Source: Marsupella aquatica (lineage: Eukaryota > Plantae > Marchantiophyta). Taken from it: a stretch of DNA of 64,000 nt. A program made the position numbers and the translations under genes. Below, one piece after another: positions 50,441 to 63,150 of this stretch. The notes beneath the pieces were generated by a model. It was not told the origin of the DNA. It worked only from the letters and a program-made list of their open reading frames with translations, and did not search any database. How positions within the stretch are numbered: position 1 is the first letter of the stretch; every line of letters begins with the position of its first letter. Where the stretch lies: assembly GCA_973895155.1 (NCBI GenBank), contig OZ316899.1:16519974-16583973 (forward strand), in the 5' to 3' direction.

Positions 50441-51727
50441 CTATTTAGCAATAGATTGAGCAGTCCCTTCTTGCTCAACAATCTGTCCAGCCTTGGCCAA
50501 TCCTGCCATAGGTCCATGGACCATCTGCTCGCCCCCAGCTGTGGTCAGTACTGTCTCAGTGGACCAAAAGCTCACCAAGGGGCAATTAGTAATTCCAGCA
50601 GAGCGCATCCGCAACTGTTCAGCTACTCCCAAGCTGATAATCCAAGTCAAACAATTCAGATCCATTGCTTGACCAAGAACCTGGCGCCGCAAACCCTCTG
50701 ACACATAGGCAACTGCAGTGGTGCCAGTCAAAAATCCCATAGCACGCTCTCTCTCATCAGTAGTAGGCTCCACTAACTGCTGGAGAGCTGTGTCCCACAC
50801 AAGTCTAGGGCCACCTACTCTAAATGCATATGAAGCAGAGTGGCTTACAAGAGTGGGTAATGCACAACGTGGGCGCCCAACTGCATTGACCACTGCCAAT
50901 GGAGGTCTATCAAGTTGGGTCACACCCTGTGCACGACGCCCTGGATCCAAAATATCATCCATCACTAAGGCTGGTGAGCGTGGAATGCTGTCAAATCCGC
51001 GTTTCAGCACCTCACATGAGATTAAATTAGTCCACCACAAGCGTGGACAATGTGCACAAGAACCCACATGTGCAGCATCCAATAACACAGCAGGTCCAAT
51101 CCAAGACCTCACCTAGGAAACACTGGCAACAATCCGACTACGATCATCACCTAACAATGGCACATTCTCCAAAATGTATGCTGGAGACTGTGTCTGATGT
51201 AGCTTGAGATGACGCAGCACCCGTAACATCTCCCAAAACAATGCCGAGCGTGGATCATGAAGTCCATGCCCAACGCCAGCTCTAGATTGGCCCTGACATG
51301 GCCAACCAGCAATCACCAAATCAATGGGGCCAACATGATGCAGATGATCCGCCCCCAGCAATGAAATATCAGCAGGTAGTGCATGTTGATAACCACGAAC
51401 AGCATCCATTGGCAGCAACTATGGATATCTATCCACCAACATAGCCACATGTTGCAATGAGACCCTCCGTGCCGTCTCATCTGTCTCCACATACAAATAA
51501 CGACGCACAGGAATTCTTGCCTGAAGAACAACAGCCAATCCAGTGCTAATCCCACCAAAAAGATCCAACAAACAAATACCCTCCAGTGGATATTGCCAAG
51601 CAATAGGAGTGGTATCCAATGGTGAAAGAGTCATAGGTCCATCTGCAAGAGACTGCTCTGGTCCTGACTGTGGTGTAAAAGCATGACGCCATGCATCATG
51701 TACCAATCGTGCTGCTGCCTGTGGCAA
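50441..51727 (-). pseudogene. C5 cytosine DNA methyltransferase domain within the polyprotein of element B
   Basis: Motifs in canonical order: I LDLFGGIS, II VETD, IV IAGWPCQG, V RSALFW, VI ILENV, VIII HCPRLWW, IX ERERAMGF, X LGQAMD. Same frame, with two premature stops (51419, 51113). Confidence 0.9.
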
Positions 51728-51730
51728 GGC

Positions 51731-54071
51731 CTATGCAGTGCCCCACACTGGTGGCACAACACTGCCAACAGGTAATCCTCGCATGATGTGCTCCTCATGA
51801 GACTTCTCCAATGGTGGAACATCTGCTGCATGCGTATTATCCTCAATCAAATCATCAGGTCCAGCAATTACACCACTGAATGTTGCCAAAGACAATGGTG
51901 TGGATTTAGGGCCTCTCACGGGTCCACTAAATCTCACTGGCAATTTGCTCAATCGAGCATCTCTTGACTGCCAATCAGGTCTATATGACACTGATTCCTC
52001 CCAAAAATCAAGAATAAATCCCATGGGGTAGAGCACTGTACATCCCACCAACACATCATATGACTATGCCTTAGTCAGAATAGCTCACGCCTGTATCTGT
52101 GAGCTATCTGTGGTATGACCTTCCTGAATTCTCAAATCAAGATTTTCTTGGTAATGTGTTGTGTTGGTGTAGGTCCCCCCAATGAAGTCTGAATGAGAAA
52201 GGGACAATCCTCCAAATCCTCTAGACGCAATCCCAATCCACGTATGGCAGACTTACCCAACATCAAGAGTTGAGCACCAGTATCCAGTAACACTCTCTCT
52301 GGCTAGTATACTACCCCAGAAGGCCCAACTAATCAAAAGATACCACTCTGATTATCCAATGACACAACACTAGGTTTAAACCTAGTCCTCTCAAATGCAA
52401 GGCGTGCTGGTAAATCCACCAACCTTGCTACTGCATGCCATGTCTCACTAGTAGCAGTAGGTGGCATGGTCTTCATTGCTTCAACACTACAAGTTGCTTC
52501 TGCATGGGAAGCGACCACTGGAGTGTCCTCACATAGTGTAGCTGCCAATCTGAACACTTTTGCAGGACCAACTCCCAAGTTCAGCATGTCTGTCGCTGAA
52601 AATAATGGGGTGCATTCTATGGTAGTAGCCGCCCCCAACAGGGTACTTGTCATCCCTATTGCATCACTACCTAATTCTGCCAACTTACCCACGCCAGGGT
52701 TTGTCCGAACCGGGTTCATAGAGGCAGTCTGAACTATCTTATACAATGTAAAAGACTGAGGAAGCTTTGTCTGTCGACATGCATCCCCCCTCTATGGATC
52801 TAACTCCACTATTGCTCCTCGGGGCTCAAGAGCTTTAGCTGCCCCACGTGTCAAAGCTGCTGATGCATCAATATGTGCAGTGCCCCACACATGAATCCCA
52901 TGGTGGCAAGGTCTCCATCAGCTCCATAAGATGTGGAAGGACCATGGGATGTGGAAGGTCCATAGGATGTAGATGCCGCATCACCAAAAGTAGGTCTCAC
53001 CTAGGAACTAGCCATGGCAGCTAGCTGTTGCTCCAATTGAGCAATCTTAGCATCCTTTGGATCTATGGTTACAGCAGGGGTAACGTCACCTCCCTGTCTC
53101 CCTGCATGTGACATGCCACGACCACATCCACCACCTCTACCTCCTCCTCCTCTTCCCTGATCATGTGTACGGGATCCTCCCCTCTGTAACTCAGGGTGGA
53201 GTGAGAAACACCTATCCTTGGTGTGTCCAGGAGCTCCACAGTGATCACACTGTCGCTGATCAGGCGCTGATGCTTCCCCTGATCCTCTATGATCTGGGCA
53301 ATATCTCTATGCATGATCCCCACCATAGGTCCAACATCCTGACTGCTGTCCAGCATAAGCGGGCATAGGTCCCAGGCTGGTAGACTCTCGTGCAGTAGGC
53401 TTCTTCCTCTGGCTCTTTCGTGCAGTAGGCTGTGGTGTGGATGTAGATGCAGCCTTTGGTGCTTCCTTGGCAAATCCAAAAGTCACCACCTTCTCATTCA
53501 CCATATTGAGCTCAATACGCTCAGAAAAGGTAAAAACAACTGCTAATGTGGGATCTGCATCCCTAAACACGGTGACATCTCTCACTCTGCGTCGCAATTC
53601 TCTGTCCAAAATTGCATACCAAAATTGGACTGCCTAAGCCTCTGTCACTCCCTTGGTGACAGTGATCAATCTGCGCACTCAAGTGTATGCCTCACGTAGA
53701 CTCTCTCTAGTCTTGCGCTGGAACTCCTAAAGACCCTTCAACTTATCAGTTCTCACACCCTGATAGTTCTGCTTTAGTACCTCAAAGAATTCCACCACAG
53801 GGTTAAATGCTAGCGCAACTCCAGTTCCTGTCACAATCACACCGGTAGGAGTAGCAATGGATGCTGTTGGAGTGCTGCTGGTGGATGGTGTGCCACTCTG
53901 GCTAGTGCTACTAGAAGAAGCAACAGTTGTGGCAATGGGTTGGGCAGCCGCACTAGTGCCATAGGTGATGGACACGTAATTAGGCAACCAATGCTGCCTC
54001 CATGCCTCAATTTCAACCAAATGAGCCTTCCAAAACTCATGGTAGTCATTGTGATGCCGTGCCAGGATCAC
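51731..54071 (-). pseudogene. gag: gag (zinc knuckle) and protease of element B, degraded
   Basis: CDHCGAPGHTKDRC knuckle near 53215-53255 and VLLDTGAQ protease near 52270-52293. Confidence 0.8.
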
Positions 54072-54518
54072 GAAGTACTTAGTTAAGCCTAAAATAATGG
54101 CTAAATAAAGATTAGGTAGATATAATTAGGGAGTTATAAGGATCAAAGCCGATTGCAATATGTTCGGGGGAAATTGTGATGGCATCTGATCCAACGGTCG
54201 TGATTAAGTGGGATTAGGGTTATGACCTAATCAGGGCTTGATCAGGTAAGCCATCAGGAGGCGGCTTCGTAGGGAGGGGACCGACACTTTGTACACTAGT
54301 GCAATTGCTTGTTCGATCAACCTAGGGAGGTGGAATCAGCTGCCGATCGATCGGAGGAGGTGGTTTGGAAAATTGCGCAAGTTCTTGGCATTCGGTGGAA
54401 TGAACACGGTGAATCAGGCAGGGAAGTTTTGGGGCTGTTTGCTTGAAGAAGCAAGGCAGCTGATACCTAGTATGAAGACGTTGAGTCGGAGCGCGCAGCC
54501 AGAGAATGAGTAGAGCTT

Positions 54519-57500
54519 GTGCGATTATGGGGAATTCACAAATTGGCATTCATAGATACGGAGAAGGTGTTGGAAAAGTTCTCGTGGACACCCACCAGTG
54601 CGGAGCTTGACGAATTGCTAATTCGGGAGAATAAGGTTGTGGGGATCAGGGAGGCAATCAAGAACGCCGGGCAACCACTTTGGGAATTGAAGGGTCACAC
54701 TGCAAAGTGGACAAAGGCAGCTATTATTGGGGAGTATTCAGGCGCTGAAGAGATGAAGCGCAAGGGAGTTTCGGCATTTGCAACTCCAGCAAAGCAAACT
54801 AGGTTGGAGAGACCAATCAAGATGGAATCCGGGCCAATTAGAGATCGGGCTGTAGAAGATAAAAACATGACAGGGTGGGCAAACAGGTTACCTACCGATT
54901 TACAATTACAGTTTGCAAGAGATGAGGATGAGGTCTTCAGTGCCGTTCAGGATAACAAATATGCAGGATATATGAATGACACTAGGTTGGAGGGCTTTGT
55001 CAGGTTATCCTGGAGAATGGTAGACATACCGGATGAGGATCTGTTGGACTTCGTGGGATGCTGGGAGGCTTCTTCCAACACAACGCTGCTGTATGGAAAG
55101 GTGTTCAAATTAACACCTGCGCTTATCGAAGCCGTGTTTGCTTTACCAACAGGAAGGAAGACAAAGGTGGAGCAGAGGAAGACGTTGTCGGATGACCAGT
55201 TCAGGTCATTTCCAGGGCCTTCCACTAAGAATGGGTTTTTCAGGAATCAATGTACCAACCCACATATAGGGCAGCTGATTGATTTCCTGAGAGTCACATT
55301 ACATTGTACCTTGCCGAGAGCAGAAATCGGCAAAGCCCAGGTATTTTTGGTAGAGAATATCGATGCAAGCCGACACTACAATGGCTATCTCTTAATGCAG
55401 TTGAAGAAGGCATTAAACAAAGAGAAGCAGAGCATTGGGGAGGGAGTGGTATCCAGACTAGGGTACCATCTACAATTACTTTGCCGATATGCAAGAAGCC
55501 AGTCTTTTGCACCAGTGTTGCCTATAGAGGAGCGGATGCAAATCACTGCACCACTTGAGGAGGTGGAGGAGGACGAGGAGCCTCTAAACATACGACGCCA
55601 TGGGAGGAGGTCGGCAACACAGGAAACACGAGAATGGGAGCATTCGCCTATCAAGGAGCCAGAGGTAGTAACATATGATGTAGTGAGAAATCCGTTACGC
55701 CGGCCTACTTGCAATAATCCATATGCAGGCATCCAGTTGGTTGAGAGGAAGATGACTGCCGAAGAGAGAAAGAAATATGACGAGCGAATGGATTTGGAGA
55801 CAGATGAGGAGGTAAGCTGAGGCCAGGAGAGGCCGGTAGTAAAAGCTTCTAATAGAGCCCAAGTGAACGGACCCGTGGAGGAAGGTCAACCAGCAGCAGC
55901 CCAACAATTTTCAGAGGAAGAGATCGGGGGCTTTGGAGGAGAGGCCGGCATGTTAGGTAGTCAGGTTAATGTGGATGATTACAACGACAACTATGTCGAT
56001 CACGGGGAGAGGCCGGTACCAGGAGTTAGAACGATGGGAAGGTTTTGTAGAAGACTTCCCGCGGTCTTCTATGGCAAACCGGAGGACCAGAAAACGCCAG
56101 AATCTCCTCCACCAGATGTGATGCCATTGGAATTCGACAAGATGAAGGAAACTGAAGCCGGGCTACATGAGAAGATTAAGGAGTGGGGGGCCCGGAATGC
56201 AGAACACGAATGCCAGCTACCAGGAGGAGAGTGGCCGGAAGGAATAAGACGGCTTAGTGAGAGGCAAGTCAAACCTCTCACTGACTTCGACCAATTACGG
56301 GCAGAAGCTTGGGAGAGACGACCTCGATGGCAGATGCCAGTATCACCTGGGAGGTCAAACTATGCAAGAAATCGGGCTAAGGAGTATGGAGACATGTGTG
56401 GACTTTTAGCCTTAGAAATCTTCGGCAACGAGTTGGAATCCGGGCCATTTCTTAGAAAAGAAATGGCTGATCAGATGAGACTGGAGGAGGCAATGACATT
56501 GGAGCGATTGAAGAAGGAGGAAGTAATCGCTCGGCTTTGCTCCATGGAGGCCGAAGTTGCTAAGACGAAGTCTGGTCAACCAACTCAGCAAGATCTCTTG
56601 GCTAGGCAACAGGAACTGGAAGTGGCAAACAACCAATTGGAAAACTACCAATTGGATAACCAGCAAATCAAGGAAAAGTTGACAAAGATAGAGCTGGAGT
56701 TAGCCGATTCAAAAGTAGAAGTACAGGGTTTAAATCGCCAAGTTGAGAGGCTCAGAAAGACGGCTAAGGAGCAGGCCACCCAGAGCAAAAAGGCCTTGGC
56801 AGAAGCCCAAAGGAAGTATGATAAGTTACTCGACCGGTTGGAGGCCATGCGTGAGAAGCATGATGACGCCATGTGCACGGCGGCCAATGATCACCTAAAC
56901 CGGGTTCAACAGATACGCAAGGAGCTTCAGGAGGAGCTAACCAGGACAAAGCAGGCATGGACGAACGAGGTCACAAAACTGGAAGGTATCAACGACTCCT
57001 TGAAAGTAGCTGTAGATAAGCAAGAGTTGGAGATCGTGCAGATCTTAAATGAGGAGTTGAAGACAGCCAGGGCCGAGATACTACGTCTTAACGATGAAGT
57101 TGAAGACGTATCTCAGGAATTGGAGGAGCCCAAGGATAAGATGATCGGGTTGCAGAGGCGTGCTGACAATCAAACGCAAAAATGAAGCAGTATGCCAAAG
57201 CGGGATATGGGTCACCAACTGAAAGGCTTCCCGACAGTAGTATGGTAGGCAAAAATATAGTGAAGCCGAAGCCAAGCTCCCTGTTGTCAAGCGTGACTAG
57301 GGGCAAAGCCATGCAGTTGGTGGCAGACTTGGCAAAGACGTTCATGGGGCCAGGCGATAATAAAGTTAAGGCCCTTAAAGCCACTCCGGAGGAAGTCGAG
57401 AGCATGGCCGCTCACATTTGTGGTACTATGGCCCTGAAGGCAGCTGTGGTAGAGGTAAGTACTGCGGATCAACTTGGAGCTGCGGTAACAGGTTTAGATG

Positions 57501-57769
57501 ATGGTACTGCTTCTATGGACGCACAGAACGTGAAACCATGGGTTATCGAGACCGAGCACATCGGGGAAAAGGCTTGGATTGAGGAAGTTAAGGCAAAGGC
57601 TCTCCAAGCCGTTTCCCAAGAGGATGCCAATGCAGATGCCGATGCCGAGACCGAGGCCGGGGCCGGCAAACCAGAAGCCAAAGTCAAGGAAGCCGAAGGG
57701 GTCAGGCCGGGGCCGATGGCAGGAGAAGGTGCAGAGTCGGAAGATTCGGACTTACCCCCGATCATCTGA
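54519..57769 (+). pseudogene. Retroelement accessory protein (Transposase_32/Athila-ORF-like domain plus long coiled coil)
   Basis: 54519-55820 and 55863-57185 share a frame, and 57182-57769 follows after a shift. DFVGCWE...LYGKVFKLTPALIEAVFALPTG is homologous to the 2798 and 10192 ORFs. Confidence 0.6.
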
Positions 57770-57984
57770 GAATTAAGGAGGGCCAGTCATCGGTTGGAAG
57801 GAGGACGTGGCGGTAGGAGAAGGGCTTGGGCCAGAAGGGCACGACCGTTGTAGGATGGGACAGGGCAAGTAGCGCCCTGTCGGCTTAGGTAGTAGTAGAT
57901 GCTCGGTTCACATAGGGTTCCGGGGTATTCAAGTTTTTAGGTGATAGTTTTTTGGTAGGATTATCGCGGTGGAAGGCCGTTTCA

Positions 57985-58807
57985 CTCCTTTGTTTGAGAA
58001 TCCATGGCCATGACAGATGTTCAACAGAAGCAACATGAATGACACAACATCTATTTTGCTGCCTGGGAACAAAGATTGCATTGCTTGATCTAAAGATAAC
58101 TGTGCAGGATCAGTCTCCACGGGAGTTTGGGAGGTTTCAAGGGGCTGTACAGGATGGGCACCTCCTTCACTCTCATCATCCCCAAGTACAGAATCCAAGT
58201 CAAAACGGTCCTGATCATCTAGTTCATGCTCAGGGGATTTTTCACTGTTTCTCAACAACGTTTCTTCAAGTAGAGCCCTGACATGTTCTTCAACATCTAT
58301 AGTTGGATGTTCTTGAACATCCACAAATGGATACTCTAGAACATCTGGAAACAAATGTTCTTCCACATCTACAGTTGGCTGTTGTGCACAGGTTGCCTAC
58401 TGAAGGTTTGCTACCCTCAATGCCTCAGGGCCATGTTGTGACATGTAGTCAGCACCCCACTCTTCATCAGACGAGTTCTGTCCCTCTCCAACCCACACTC
58501 GACATGCAGGGTACCGACCATGTTTAATAAGGTGTAGTCTAGCAGTTTTCCTGTTAGTCCTATAATTTCCTTTACAGTTCACACAAGGGCAATACATCTT
58601 ATGGTCCCCACTCTTGTGGCAGGCCTTCTGTTCTTGAACCCACAAAGCATCATCACGATGCTGTACTCTAGCTGGATGGAAGAGAGGCAACTTTGGAGTT
58701 CTACCCACACCTAACCTATTATGTGGCAATTCTGTCATGCTAGCTTGATTGAACTTGTATTCTTTGACCAGAAATAATGTAGATTCCACTCTACTGTTCA
58801 AACTCAA
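57985..58807 (-). pseudogene. N-terminal part of a second CACTA transposase (truncated)
   Basis: YCPCVNCKG...TARLHLIKHG (transposase-associated Zn domain) and LFPGSK...LLLLNIC..HGFSNKG, parallel to IFEGSRLS..LLLNLQQRHGASN in the first CACTA. Confidence 0.8.
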
Positions 58808-59361
58808 TCAGTATGACATGCATACAAAATTGGACCTACCGTCACAGTCGTACAACCAATGCCAACCACAGTCCAATTGCTCAAACCCACAGAGCCCAGT
58901 TTCTCAAATCCACTATAGTGGGGCACCTTCTCCTTCTTGCATCCAAATAGAGCATCACAGACAGTCTCATCAGAATGATACTATGAACGTAAATCTCTGC
59001 AAAGCCCTCATTATGAAGGCATTTCATCATTTTTAATAATTGTTTGTCTAGTATGAATGTGGACAGAGAGGTTTGTGACAGTGAATAATTGCCAAGTGAA
59101 GTTTAGACATCAAGAATGACATTTCTCACATTCAAAGCAAATGCATGAAAATTGGAATTATCCTACCCAACAGATAGTAAACTTGATTTCTCAAAATTAA
59201 TTGCCTCAATCCGCAATGCACTGTCATAGAGTGTGTATACATGAGGAGTTCATCAAACTGCATATAAATAGTCCACATGTTTTAGCACTCTAAAAATTGT
59301 TTAAGTCCACGTTAAACCATCAAAAAACTCTGTCTCAAGTTTGTGTTCTATCCAGCCTCAA

Positions 59362-60020
59362 TCAAATCCAAGATATGTGGCTCCTGACAGGAGTGCCTAG
59401 TGTAGGATCAATGTCATGGTTAGGACAGTAAAACATCCCCTTCTTGGGTTGCCCATGCGCTGAGTGATCCCAAATTGTTCAATCATGGGCAAATTCCCTC
59501 TGCTGGATAAACTGCAGGCAGTCCTCGTGCCATGCCTTACGACGCCTCATGCACTGAAGCAAGAAGCACTCGCCCTATCATTGTGCCCTTGTCCACAAGT
59601 GTGACAAATATGGAGGCCACATGATGCTGTGCTAGGAACCAAACACTGACAACAGTAGAACCGGGCATAGAGAGGATCTGGACATTTTCTTACCTCCTCA
59701 CCAATTTTTCCAGACACATGGCACTTAAAACAACTATGTTTCTCATTCTTGCAGTCAATACAGAGCCATTCTCCAACATGGCCATCTTCCAGGGATATAG
59801 TTGGGCATAACCATTGCTGACCCAAAGGACAAGATACATTCTTGTGGAAGTGTCGGTGGCAACGCCCATCACAAACAATGAGATCCCCTCCCTCATCACA
59901 AATCGCACATACATGCGGACTATTTTGGTTAATCTCAATGTCTGAGTATAAGGACAATTGAGGTGCTTCAGAGGATTCACCTCTACGATGATTGATAGCC
60001 TTGTGCTTAGTGCGAGCCAT
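59362..60020 (-). pseudogene. EDM2/NSD-like tandem PHD-finger protein, one frameshift near 59560
   Basis: MARTK...VCAICDEGGDLIVCDGRCHRHFH...WLCIDC...HSCFKC...C.LH.C..C, then in the shifted frame LQCMRRRKAWHEDCL...CFYCPNHDIDPTLGTPVRSH. Confidence 0.8.
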
Positions 60021-62551
60021 GGCCCTGCACACTCAGACCATACATCAGATTGTGAAACACAATGTCAATCTAGTTCATGGACAGCCAGACCAGAGAGCAA
60101 GCATAATGGAACCACAGAGAATGCTCCCCACAATTGAATATCCCCACCTGTGCATGAATAACACAAACCAATTTATGGGGCAGCATGAAACAAAAGAATG
60201 AGGGTGCAACAAAAACCAATGCTTTATGGATGGCAAAGCACTAGGGCTGAGCAGCGCAAATTACCTTACCCTATTATTGGAAGCAATCATAGATATTGCA
60301 ACCTGTATGCATTCTCTTGCTGTCCAGCAGTGCTCACTCACCCTGCCTTTATAAAATCTGTGAGGGCAACTCAGAACAAATAGCATTTGAGTTTCAGCAA
60401 AGCATTGGTTCTCAAGTTTTAAAATGGACAGACAAGTTATCCTTTAAAAACTATCCTAGACTGTTATCTGATAAAGGCAATCTATTCACTCAACAACAAA
60501 CTTATAGCAACGGCTATCAGTTGCCAATGCTTGATAATTCCTCCTGTCTACCATGAGGAATTGGACAAAGAATGTGAAACGGTTTCCAAAAATGGAACAA
60601 CAGGAAATGAAGAAGAGTAGGCACTGAAGCAGTCAACGAGGACTTTTGCAGCACACTAAAAAAAGATTGGCAAAACATCAGGCTGAATTTCAAGGTTAGA
60701 CACTGCCAATAAAGTTTTGAACACAGCAAACGCAGCAAACATTGCCAATAGAATTTTGAACACAAGGGTGCAGCATCCTAATTTACCTAAACTCCATGAA
60801 CTTAATAGCAGATTCTTATGTTCAATTAGGCAGCATTAAACAGACCACCCTTCCACTCAGGCAGAAACAATCCTTTCCCACTCAGGCATCAAACAGGGCC
60901 AAACCCAAAACTTCTGGCATCAATTTCTCAAACACCAAATGTTGCCAATGCTAACACGATGAAATACTGGAAAAGATAGAAAAAGATACAGCAGCATTTG
61001 AGGCAATAATTGCCAGACGACAAAAAGACAACATAATAACTTATCAAAATTGAACACAACAGACACAAAAAATTGATGCTAAGGAGGAATTGACAGAAAA
61101 GTGCCTTCAAACCTACTCTAGTGAGTTGCGAATGAATTGACAAATCGAAGGAGTGACCCAAAAGACTGATAGTTAGCATCGACAGCACCATACAAGGAGT
61201 AGAACCATATTGGGAGATACTGCAAGCAATATATTGATCGGAATGATGACTGAGTTGCTAAGGAAGGGAGATCCTCAGACCACAGCAGAAGTTTAATGTT
61301 CCACTATAACAAAATCAGTCAGCAGACAAATTGTCTCTTGGTAATCAGAAATCAATAGTAGATAGAAAGGAACACTGTCATTTGGAGTCTGTAAGCTTTA
61401 TTTTCTTTTTGCAATTATAAGCTTGAGGTGTATGGTGTTCAATTGTTCTGTAGGGCGGTCCTCGCTTGCCACATATAGTTTTTAAGACTGATTACGCTAA
61501 AGTTTGGTTCACTCGTTGTCCTACGGGTGAGCTTCGTTTGCGTGAAAATTTCTGCAATTTTTCCAATCATGCTATTGGAACGGGTGAGCGACCACTTAAG
61601 ATGGCAGCTAAAGAATCCCAAGTACAAGCTGCCATGGAAACAGGACGGCTTGCCAGTCCTTGCCCCAGAGAGCCCAACCTATCAAACTCAGAGTGCCCTG
61701 GAGCCCCTCAATTAAGAAGAAGAAGCTGCTTTTCTCAGGGCCCAACAACGCTTGAGGCTGATATGCGAGAAAAAAAACATACCCATTCTCTTAGATACGG
61801 AGTATACAAACATTCAACCTGGAATTGAATACATGACATATGTGTCTACACAACTTCTTGTCTATCTCTAGCAATGGCCGAGGCATCTAGACACAACGCC
61901 TTTCTGGCTTTGAAACTTGAGGGGAGCATACATTGTGCGAGAAAGTGCAATGCCTAGTTCTATGGGATTTCCTTCTCCAATCCATGATAGTGTTGACGAC
62001 ACGCACAACTGCTACAATCAATGCGCGTCCAGGATGCTCCATCGCATCACGTTAGGGAACTCAACATTCTAGACATTCAAAAACTGCATTCACATTTCTC
62101 TGCAAAGGGAACTCAACATTCTAGACATTTGAAAACTGGTGCAAAACTCAGGCACTTAGAGAGAGAGGGACAAAGAGAGAGCCAGAAAGAGAGAGCAAAT
62201 AGTCTCTTAGCAAACGGAGCTTCTCATTGCCATAAGCATAGCAGACACAAAGCAACAGAACAAGAAGGCAACATTGGATTCATGGACTGATAGAATGGGT
62301 AGCACATTGGCAAAAGCAAAGCAGAAATGCAGAATGAACAAATGGCCAGAAGGGGAAGAAGCGCAAAATTGCACAAAACTGACCTTCTCGCACCTCAGCC
62401 CAAACTCGCTCCCACAGATATATAAGTTCTCGTAGCTCCTTGATAGAACCTCCTGTAGGTTCTCGCCAATTGCAACTCCTCACCCATAGCTTCTCGCCGA
62501 TTGTAGCTTGCTGCCGATTGCAACTCATCGCTGATTTGTAGCTTGTCCTCC

Positions 62552-62678
62552 GCTCCTCACCCGCAGCTTATCACCAATCGTAGCTCCTCACCCGCAGCTT
62601 ATCGCCGATCGTAGCTCCTCACCCGCAGCTTATCGCCGATCGTAGCTCCTCACCCGCAACTTATCGCTGATTGTAGCT
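62552..62678. repeat. 31-bp tandem repeat (~4 copies)
   Basis: Unit GCTCCTCACCCGCAGCTTATCGCCGATCGTA with period 31. Confidence 0.9.
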
Positions 62679-62919
62679 CGTTCTCCTCTCCTCACCCGCA
62701 ACAATGACAAATGTAAAGAAGCTATTGCCTTGACCCTGCGCAGGGCACTCCAAAGAAGCGCAGGGCATTCAAAAGAAAGTGTGGAAGCTCCCAAGTCCTA
62801 CCGAGGTGCTCCGCCAACCGCGCGCAATAAGCTCAAAAACAATTGCAGCCTGAATGGCTTTGGGTTGGAGCTCCTCCTCTAAACTTTGCAAATGGTCACT
62901 AAAACAATGCCACGTCCAA

Positions 62920-63150
62920 CGCTTCACTCAAACAATGCCTTGCCCAACGCTTGCCCAAAACTGATGTGTCGCAACTCCAAACCGCAACTCCCCTCCCGCT
63001 TCACTCAAACAATGCCTTGCCCAACGCTTGCCCAAAACTGATGTGTCGCAACTCCAAACCGCAACTCCCCTCCCGCTTCACTCAAACAATGCCTTGCCCA
63101 ACGCTTGCCCAAAACTGATGTGTCGCAACTCCAAACCGCAACTCCCCTCC
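62920..63150. repeat. 77-bp tandem repeat (3 copies)
   Basis: Units start at 62920, 62997 and 63074. Confidence 0.92.

Larger units (their letters stand above)
11389..54070 (-). mobile_element. Ty3/gypsy element B: gag-protease-DNA cytosine methyltransferase-RT-RNaseH-integrase-PHD; 5'-truncated, split by element A
   Basis: Domain order read on the minus strand. The integrase Zn finger is continuous across element A (LVRHAHEEL|GHFGVKRT at 48559/13397). Assignment of the 3' LTR is uncertain. Confidence 0.85.

Noticed and set aside
60200-62530. Scattered short ORFs as a host gene
   Set aside because: No recognisable motifs or coherent exon chain. The region looks like intron/UTR sequence upstream of the PHD gene.
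62552-63150. 31-bp and 77-bp repeats as a CRISPR-like array
   Set aside because: The units are directly tandem with no unique spacers, there are no cas genes, and the context is eukaryotic. These are ordinary minisatellites.
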